A stretch of 32,000 nt of DNA from contig NZ_CP007536.1 of NCBI RefSeq assembly GCF_000698785.1, positions 2,490,001 to 2,522,000 on the forward strand, written 5' to 3'. This document shows, in pieces, positions 7,205 to 12,909 of the stretch; the first letter of the stretch is position 1, and each line of letters starts with the position of its first letter. This DNA is from Nitrososphaera viennensis EN76. Its GTDB lineage: Archaea; Thermoproteota; Nitrososphaeria; Nitrososphaerales; Nitrososphaeraceae. A model generated the notes under the pieces. The model was not told where the DNA came from. It saw nothing but the letters and a program-made list of their open reading frames with translations, and searched no databases. The position numbers and the translations under genes were made by a program.

Positions 7205-8524
7205 ATGTCTCATCACCCATCCGAGCAAAACATGATACCTTGCTGCCCTCCGCTTGAAACCAAGCCCGTGTGCGACGTCATGGACTTCCACTACCGCCTG
7301 CTGCACCAGCAGCAGTCGCGCGTGTCAGTCGAAGTCATTGTGCATGCCCGCCTGCAAAGGTGCCCCGGCCCGCTTGCGCTGGGCGACCTGGTGTATTCGA
7401 CCACGCTCTTTCCCGGCGAAAAGGTCAGGCTGTTTACGACCGACAGGCGCACGCGCTTTACCTACGACAGCGCGTCAAAGGTGAGCTACAGGAATGAGCA
7501 GACGCAGGAGGAGCACTTTTACATGTCAAGCTGGTCTGATTTCATGTCGGACCTTTCGATAAAGGACCACGCTCGCTCTACCAACACCAACAAGGGCCAC
7601 TTTGACACGCACGGCGAGACGAGCGGCTTTTTGGAGACGGTGTTCAGCGGCCCGTCCGTCGACGTCAGCGGCAACTACAACTCGGAATCCACGAGCGACT
7701 TTCTGCGCGAGCTTTCGCAGCACGCCCGCGCGTCGCACCACCGCGCAGAGATGGGCGCCCGCGCGTCAAGCACCGTCTCGATAGGCGAGGTCTCGTCGCG
7801 CTCGCACGTGCAGACGGAATCGCAGGATCACTTTGAATCGTCGTCGCGCGAGTTTTCAAACCCGAACAAGTGCCACGCAGTCACGTTCTACTTTTACCGC
7901 ATCAACAAGATGCAGCACGTAAAATTCACGATAGAGTCTATTGAACGGCGCGTCATCGACCCCGCTGCAGACACGCGGGTCACGAACAACCCGTTTGCGT
8001 CGCGCGGATCAGTGTCTGCAATCCCCGCGGCCGTCCTTGCCACCGACAAGGAGCGCCTGAGCGCCGAGGCCATCGGGAGGGAGAGCTTTTTGCGCAACCA
8101 GAGCGCGGCGTCTGCAACAGCGACGGTGGGCACAATCCAGCCCGGCTTTCTCGTCACGGCAAGGGCCGCCAACCTGCTGCAGCAGCCGCTGACAGAGTCG
8201 ATGCGCCGGGAGGCGCTTGAATCAGTGGACAAGCAATTGATAGCTGCGGGCCTGCTTGAAAGGGTCGGAAACGACGTCAGGATCTCGCCGGTTGCGCAAA
8301 AGAAATACTCGTTTGAGGCCACGTCTGCCCTGCCGACGCCCGGCATGCTGGTCAGGGGATGCGTGGACGACTGCAACATCTGCGAAAAGGAGCTCATGGA
8401 AGCGATGCAGCTTGACCTTGAGCGCAAAAAGCTGGAAAATGAAAAGCTGAAGAAAGAGATAGAAATCCTGGAAAAGTCGCAGGAGTACCGCTGCTGCCCC
8501 GCGCCGATGCCAGAAGAAGAGTAG
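7205..8524 (+). CDS. Hypothetical 439-aa protein with terminal Cys clusters, a low-complexity core and a C-terminal coiled coil
   Basis: The in-frame ATG at 7205 is the first start after the end of the divergent cupredoxin gene. A TATA-like TTAAGTATT lies at 7176-7184. Codon bias is strong. The upstream part of ORF 6653..8524 is antisense to the cupredoxin gene. Confidence 0.8.
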   Translation: MSHHPSEQNMIPCCPPLETKPVCDVMDFHYRLLHQQQSRVSVEVIVHARLQRCPGPLALGDLVYSTTLFPGEKVRLFTTDRRTRFTYDSASKVSYRNEQTQEEHFYMSSWSDFMSDLSIKDHARSTNTNKGHFDTHGETSGFLETVFSGPSVDVSGNYNSESTSDFLRELSQHARASHHRAEMGARASSTVSIGEVSSRSHVQTESQDHFESSSREFSNPNKCHAVTFYFYRINKMQHVKFTIESIERRVIDPAADTRVTNNPFASRGSVSAIPAAVLATDKERLSAEAIGRESFLRNQSAASATATVGTIQPGFLVTARAANLLQQPLTESMRREALESVDKQLIAAGLLERVGNDVRISPVAQKKYSFEATSALPTPGMLVRGCVDDCNICEKELMEAMQLDLERKKLENEKLKKEIEILEKSQEYRCCPAPMPEEE

Positions 8525-8525
8525 G

Positions 8526-8557
8526 ACGCACACACACGCGCACGCACGCACACGCAC
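8526..8557. repeat. 32-nt perfectly alternating purine-pyrimidine tract (CA/CG type)
   Basis: ACGCACACACACGCGCACGCACGCACACGCAC begins 2 nt after the stop of gene 7205..8524. Confidence 0.9.
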
Positions 8558-8576
8558 TCTTTTCTTTTTTATTTTT
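8558..8576 (+). terminator. Oligo-T terminator region after the 439-aa gene
   Basis: TCTTTTCTTTTTTATTTTT follows directly after the alternating purine-pyrimidine tract. Archaeal termination typically uses T-runs. Confidence 0.5.
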
Positions 8577-8895
8577 ATTTCTTGAAATCCACCGGGACCT
8601 TGTCAAGCGCCTTGCGCAGGCCGCCAAGGACTCCCTTTTTCTTGTTCTCGCGCTCCTCGACTGCCTTGTAGCAGTTCGGGCACAGCGCGCGCAGGTTCTG
8701 CGGCCTGTTGTCCTTCTTGCTGCCGTTGATGTGCTCAAAGCGCGGCTCGACTGACGGGCTGAATTTTGTAGAGCATTTCTGGCAGCGGTTGCGCGCCCTT
8801 TCAAGGACGGTCTGCCTGATGGCCATCGTCAGAGTCCCGTACTTTTTGGGATCAAAGCTCGGGCCTGTACCGCCCGGCGGTCCGAAAAACGACAC
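8575..8895 (-). CDS. Small HNH-type nuclease-fold protein (degenerate motif)
   Basis: CQKC…FEHINGSKKDNRPQNLRALCPNCYKA has two CxxC zinc knuckles flanking H…N…N. The usual His after the second CxxC is Tyr. The start is GTG 8895 or ATG 8826. Confidence 0.75.
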   Translation of the reverse strand: MSFFGPPGGTGPSFDPKKYGTLTMAIRQTVLERARNRCQKCSTKFSPSVEPRFEHINGSKKDNRPQNLRALCPNCYKAVEERENKKKGVLGGLRKALDKVPVDFKK

Positions 8896-9012
8896 GCTCT
8901 ATTTGTGCAGAGTCTCAAACTTAACTCTTGCGCTCCCTGGTTTTGCCGCCGTCTCCGTTTGGGTAAAAACTCACTCAATACACAAGGAACAACGACGTAA
9001 TAGAAATCTGCC

Positions 9013-9300
9013 ATGAAAAAACTGCTGGCCTTTGCCGGCCTCGCGCTCTTGCTGGCGGCGATACCGCCTGCGCAATCTGGCGTCTCTAACTACGCTATCT
9101 ATCTTGAGGGAAAGGCGCAGCACGAGCAAGAAGCGCTTGCGTGCGCAAACACGGTCTGCACAGGCTTTGGCGTGGACTATTTTGCAATAGGCCAGCACCT
9201 CGACCTGCCGATGCAGCATCTATTTTCCGGGTTGATGGTGGGCTCTGTGGGAGCAGTTTTCCTCGGGCTGAACTGGCGGGAATTGCTGGCCAGCGAGTAA
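9013..9300 (+). CDS. Small secreted or membrane-anchored hypothetical protein
   Basis: Sec-type signal peptide MKKLLAFAGLALLLAAIPPAQS, two Cys, and a C-terminal hydrophobic helix LFSGLMVGSVGAVFLGL. Confidence 0.55.
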   Translation: MKKLLAFAGLALLLAAIPPAQSGVSNYAIYLEGKAQHEQEALACANTVCTGFGVDYFAIGQHLDLPMQHLFSGLMVGSVGAVFLGLNWRELLASE

Positions 9301-9303
9301 TAA

Positions 9304-9807
9304 TTACAGCAGGTTTGCGCCCCTTGCGACCGCGTAGACGTGGTCCTTCAGGTCGCGCTCATAAAGCGCGCCCATCTTTTCGCGCAGCGCCAGCTTGGCG
9401 CTCTGCCTGTCCTCTTCCGCCGGCGACATCAGGGCGGCTGCAAAGATCTCTGGAAAGTTCTCCTTTATCCAGCCGTCCAGCACCAGGTAGCGGTTCTGGT
9501 TTATCCATATCACGCGGTCGGTCGCCTGGTCAACCTCCTGGTTGAACGGCGTAGTCTCGACGCGGTCGATGAGCATAAAGACGCAGTTGTTTGGGTCGGG
9601 ATTGCTGAGCACCTGCCTAGATCGGTCGCCCGCCTTGCCTGCATTTGCCCTCTCAATGAGCCCTGACGGGCGGATGGCCGTCCCGACGACGTGGACGCGG
9701 CTCCCGTTTACTGCCTGTATCCTGCCGATTACTATCCTGCTGTACTGGCCGTCCTTTTGCGCGACAAAGACAAACTCGCCCGGCTTTATTCCACCCTTTC
9801 CAAACAT
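9304..9807 (-). CDS. Hypothetical 167-aa protein
   Basis: ATG at 9807 sits about 31 nt downstream of a strong TATA (9831-9845). Codon usage is consistent with neighbours. No recognisable motif. Confidence 0.7.
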   Translation of the reverse strand: MFGKGGIKPGEFVFVAQKDGQYSRIVIGRIQAVNGSRVHVVGTAIRPSGLIERANAGKAGDRSRQVLSNPDPNNCVFMLIDRVETTPFNQEVDQATDRVIWINQNRYLVLDGWIKENFPEIFAAALMSPAEEDRQSAKLALREKMGALYERDLKDHVYAVARGANLL

Positions 9808-9830
9808 GTGCTTGCAAAAAATCAGCCTTG

Positions 9831-9845
9831 TAAATTATATAATAC
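9831..9845 (-). promoter_or_regulatory. Strong TATA box, possibly bidirectional
   Basis: TAAATTATATAATAC is centred about 31 nt upstream of ATG 9807 on the minus strand. Confidence 0.5.
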
Positions 9846-9851
9846 TTGCTG

Positions 9852-9882
9852 CCTCCTCCCGATCCTCCGTCACCCAGCCTCC
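9852..9882. repeat. Three phased CCTCC (GGAGG on the minus strand) motifs
   Basis: CCTCC occurs at 9852, 9864 and 9878, with 12-nt and 14-nt spacing, in a CT-rich non-coding stretch. Confidence 0.8.
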
Positions 9883-10162
9883 ATCTCTACGCAACCACTT
9901 TCTTCCAGGAGCGGCGGCCCCTTCAGCTCTCTATCTCCAGCGCGTGTGTAAACGAACCGCGGGACAAGCAGGCGACATCATGGCTATCCAGAACGTCACG
10001 TACGCCGCAAGGCGTTCGTGATATGGCTCTATCTCTGCCTGCTTATTTAAGTATATAATTATTGCCTCCTCACAGGAGGATACTTCAAAAAATAGAGGTT
10101 TATATCAGCAACAATACTCTATTCTTAAATATCTGTTCAGAGTATATAAGAATTGATCTAGC

Positions 10163-10393
10163 ATGTCTGAACCAGCAGTACTCCACTGGGAAAGGGTCAT
10201 GCACAAGAACGTACGCTCCAAGGACAGATTGGACGTGGGGACGATAATCGCGGAAGACGCGGACACCTTGACTATCTACAAGGGTTCCGGCAGAGAATAC
10301 AAGGTACCCAAGACGCTCGTCGAGGGGTACAACGGCGCTGAAGTGTCCCTGGGTATTACATACAAGGAGCTCTTGGGTTACAAGATCCAGTGA
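10163..10393 (+). CDS. Small hypothetical protein (possibly a PRC-barrel-like beta protein)
   Basis: 76 codons (…VRSKDRLDVGTIIAEDADTLTIYKGSGREYKVPKTLVEGYNG…). TATA-like boxes lie upstream and a T6 terminator lies downstream. The fold call is only a weak resemblance. Confidence 0.6.
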   Translation: MSEPAVLHWERVMHKNVRSKDRLDVGTIIAEDADTLTIYKGSGREYKVPKTLVEGYNGAEVSLGITYKELLGYKIQ

Positions 10394-10403
10394 CCCCTCC
10401 CTA

Positions 10404-10409
10404 TTTTTT
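10404..10409 (+). terminator. T6 run after the 76-aa gene
   Basis: TGACCCCTCCCTATTTTTTG lies 11 nt after the stop. A second T6 is at 10441-10446. Confidence 0.45.
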
Positions 10410-10553
10410 GGAAAGCTCAAAGTTGGCCTGACCAGCGCGAGTTTTTTCACAAATCCAAAATTGCACGACAAAGTAATCATATTTTAGCATGGTAATCGGT
10501 GGAGAATTACATTTATTAACACAGGCGTCAAAGGTTAGGGAGGTAGAGAGAGT

Positions 10554-11027
10554 TTGCACAAGTTTGACGAGCTTGACATGAGGATTTTGTCCGAACTCAC
10601 AAGGGACGCAAGCATATCGGTCCCGCGCCTTTCCAAAAAGCTGAACATAAACGCATCCGTACTGTACAGCAGGATAAAGCGCCTGTCCAAGCGCAGCCTT
10701 GTCAAGAAATTCACGGTCGTCGTAAACGAAAGCATGCTTGGCATAAACGTCAAGGCGACAGTCGGCATAAACCGTGACCCCAAGCTGAAAGAGCCTATCC
10801 ACGGCGAATTGCTAAAGATCCCGGAGGTAAGGTCCGTGTCCGAGGTGACCGGCAGGTTCGACATGATAGTGACCGTGAGCGCGCACACGCTTGAAGAGCT
10901 GCACAACGTGGTCATCGAGCGCATCGGCAAGATAGAGGGCATACAGAATACCGAGACTTTTGTCGAGATGCAGCGCACCGAGAAGGAGCCACTCTATACA
11001 ACGCAGTCTGCAGGAATATCCCGCTAG
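10554..11027 (+). CDS. Lrp/AsnC-family transcriptional regulator
   Basis: ELDMRILSELTRDASISVPRLSKKLNINASVLYSRIKRL is the HTH. The C-terminal RAM/AsnC domain is VSEVTGRFDMIVTVSAHTLEELHNVVIERIGKIEGIQNTETF. The start is TTG 10554, preceded by GGGAGGTAGAG, or ATG 10578. Confidence 0.9.
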   Translation: MHKFDELDMRILSELTRDASISVPRLSKKLNINASVLYSRIKRLSKRSLVKKFTVVVNESMLGINVKATVGINRDPKLKEPIHGELLKIPEVRSVSEVTGRFDMIVTVSAHTLEELHNVVIERIGKIEGIQNTETFVEMQRTEKEPLYTTQSAGISR

Positions 11028-11035
11028 CTGGCTAA

Positions 11036-11320
11036 CTAGGCCAGATCTGCAAGCTCTCTTGCCTTTTGCAGAACCTGCCTGCCCTTGTTTGTGGCAGTAT
11101 AGTGGACAAAGTAGCGCTTGTTTGTCTTTAGGCTTATGGTCGTTATCAGGCCAGCGTCTTCAAGGTCCTTGAGCCGCTGGGACCTGGTCCTCTCGTTTGG
11201 GCTGTTGCTTTCAAGGTCGGTAAACCGCATCGGCTTTTTGCTCACCGCTTCGAGCATGTCCAGCGCATACGTCTGGGCAAGCATGTATATCAGCTCCCAC
11301 TTGGCCGAATGCGCCATCAT
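11036..11320 (-). CDS. Winged-helix transcriptional regulator (HxlR/ArsR-like)
   Basis: MMAHSAKWELIYMLAQTYALDMLEAVSKKPMRFTDLE…RLKDLEDAGLITT… The ORF-track N-terminal extension (to 11500) runs through an AT-rich promoter region and is rejected. Confidence 0.8.
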   Translation of the reverse strand: MMAHSAKWELIYMLAQTYALDMLEAVSKKPMRFTDLESNSPNERTRSQRLKDLEDAGLITTISLKTNKRYFVHYTATNKGRQVLQKARELADLA

Positions 11321-11355
11321 GTAGATGCACCGCCCTTGTAATAAAATGAATTTTC

Positions 11356-11365
11356 GATAGCTATC
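11356..11365. promoter_or_regulatory. 10-bp perfect palindrome GATAGCTATC in a divergent promoter region (candidate operator)
   Basis: It lies just upstream of the TATA-like element of the wHTH regulator gene (ATG 11320). Confidence 0.25.
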
Positions 11366-11472
11366 TATAGCAAACTTTAATATAATAAAGTTATAATCTG
11401 CCAAAGGGTACAAGTGCGCAAAAGCGTCGCTGCATTGGTTCAGAATGAAAAAATTGGAAGGAAAAGAGAAAA

Positions 11473-11652
11473 ATGACAGAATTCTCTGATTCGAGCTCAC
11501 ACTGGCCGAAAATATCGCACTCTGTACCGTGCGACCTGTGCGACGCGCTCAAGGCAGAGGCAGAAAAGGCAAAGGCCGCCGGCGAAGCCGACCGGGCGCT
11601 GCTCATCCTGTTTGTTCTGCGCGAGCACAAAAAGGCGTGCCACCGGCCTTAA
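11473..11652 (+). CDS. 59-aa hypothetical protein (weak ribbon-helix-helix resemblance)
   Basis: The ATG is preceded by GGAAGGAAAAGAGAAAA. The product is MTEFSDSSSHWPKISHSVPCDLCDALKAEAEKAKAAGEADRALLILFVLREHKKACHRP. It is one codon below the 60-aa ORF-track cutoff. Confidence 0.35.
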   Translation: MTEFSDSSSHWPKISHSVPCDLCDALKAEAEKAKAAGEADRALLILFVLREHKKACHRP

Positions 11653-11660
11653 ACCGATGT

Positions 11661-11668
11661 TTTATATA
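11661..11668 (+). promoter_or_regulatory. Consensus archaeal TATA box (TTTATATA) for secE
   Basis: About 37 nt upstream of ATG 11702. Confidence 0.5.
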
Positions 11669-11701
11669 GCGCATAGAGCCCATGCATGCAAGAACACAAA
11701 G

Positions 11702-11893
11702 ATGTCTTTAGTCGAGCGCAAGATAGGGGAGATAATCCAGACCCTCCGGCTGGCCAAGAAGACCAGCAGGGACGATTATACCCAGCACCTGCGCCTGGTG
11801 GGCCTTGGCCTCGGGGCAGTGGGAGGCATCGCATTTATCATAAAGCTGGTCGCCGAGTTTATCACGCTTGGCCTCGGCGGGCGCGCCAGCTGA
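11702..11893 (+). CDS. secE: Preprotein translocase subunit SecE / Sec61-gamma
   Basis: 63 aa. IIQTLRLAKKTSRDDYTQHLRLVGLGLGAVGGIAFIIKLV matches the archaeal SecE pattern of an amphipathic N-terminus followed by a single C-terminal TM. TATA TTTATATA lies at 11661-11668. Confidence 0.8.
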   Translation: MSLVERKIGEIIQTLRLAKKTSRDDYTQHLRLVGLGLGAVGGIAFIIKLVAEFITLGLGGRAS

Positions 11894-11896
11894 TCG

Positions 11897-11904
11897 TTAA
11901 AATA
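11897..11904 (+). promoter_or_regulatory. TATA box for trxA
   Basis: TTAAAATA is centred 27 nt upstream of ATG 11927, consistent with a leaderless mRNA. Confidence 0.5.
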
Positions 11905-11926
11905 CCGTCTAGTCCAAGGAAGCGCC

Positions 11927-12271
11927 ATGGAAACCACAAGCAACAATGTCTTGCACGTCAACACAAAGACATGGGATTCTGAAGTAATCAAGTCCGAGCT
12001 CCCAGTTTTCGTCGACTTTTGGGCAGAGTGGTGCGGACCGTGCAGGATGGTCGGCCCCGCGGTGGAGCAGATAGCCAAGGTGATGGCCGGCAAGGTCAAG
12101 GTCGCCAAACTGAACGTGGACGAAAACCAGGAGATAGCGATGAAGTACGGCGTCCAGTCTATTCCGTCGCTCATCATCTTCAAGGGCGGCAAGGAGATAG
12201 GCCGGACCATCGGCGCGATGCCAAAAGAGTCGTACATGAAGTTCATCGAAAGCACGCTTGCAAAGGCATGA
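11927..12271 (+). CDS. trxA: Thioredoxin
   Basis: VFVDFWAEWCGPCRMVGP active site and full Trx-fold length. A TATA lies 27 nt upstream, consistent with a leaderless mRNA. Confidence 0.95.
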   Translation: METTSNNVLHVNTKTWDSEVIKSELPVFVDFWAEWCGPCRMVGPAVEQIAKVMAGKVKVAKLNVDENQEIAMKYGVQSIPSLIIFKGGKEIGRTIGAMPKESYMKFIESTLAKA

Positions 12272-12292
12272 GCTCACCTTTTTCATTTTCTG

Positions 12293-12781
12293 TCAGGGCA
12301 CGGTTATTCTGAATCTGTGCAGGGAATACGCCTGATTTTCATTGATAGAATCCCACCCTGCGATCACGCTGATGACATAATCGCCCGAAGGCCAGTCAAC
12401 CGCGAGTTTTCCGTTTTCCTCAAAGTGAAGTGGCTGGTTTGAGTCTTCAAGCCGCTGATCGTCATATTTGAGCAGGTGGTAGCGCAAAGAGATCGCCCTG
12501 TTGTCTATACTAAAATCTGCCTCCGATCCGCGGGGTATCTCGATAGGCGGCAGGGATAGAGTCCTCGCATAGATGGAAAACTCACATCCCCTTCCGCAGT
12601 AATAGTTGTCGTCTGCAAGATGTCTTTTCCCGTTAACAATCATGTACATAATGGGAGAATCGGGAACTCCCCTGATCGCCGTCCATACATAGTTGCTCCA
12701 CGGCCCAAGGAAAATGAAAATCGCCAAGCCTGCTGCGGTGGCAGCCGCGATGCCTGCAACCACCGGAAGCTTTCTGACCAT
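12293..12781 (-). CDS. Membrane-anchored hypothetical protein with an extracytoplasmic beta-rich domain
   Basis: N-terminal anchor MVRKLPVVAGIAAATAAGLAIFIFL followed by a roughly 130-aa domain. No recognisable motif. Confidence 0.65.
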   Translation of the reverse strand: MVRKLPVVAGIAAATAAGLAIFIFLGPWSNYVWTAIRGVPDSPIMYMIVNGKRHLADDNYYCGRGCEFSIYARTLSLPPIEIPRGSEADFSIDNRAISLRYHLLKYDDQRLEDSNQPLHFEENGKLAVDWPSGDYVISVIAGWDSINENQAYSLHRFRITVP

Positions 12782-12909
12782 CGCAACAGCAGTTTACGGC
12801 AATCTGATTTTGAACTTTGTGTAATGGCATTCTTGTTTCCAACGAAAGCATTAATACCGCATAACCAGCGATAACAGAGAAGAGAGAAGCACGAGAGAGA
12901 GAGCATCAC

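Noticed and set aside
12876-12903. GA-only polypurine tract (AGAGAAGAGAGAAG…GAGAGAGAGAG) just upstream of alaS
   Set aside because: It is most simply a purine-rich 5' UTR or SD-like leader. Similar shorter GA runs precede other genes, such as the one at 10541-10553. It is not distinctive enough to report as a finding.
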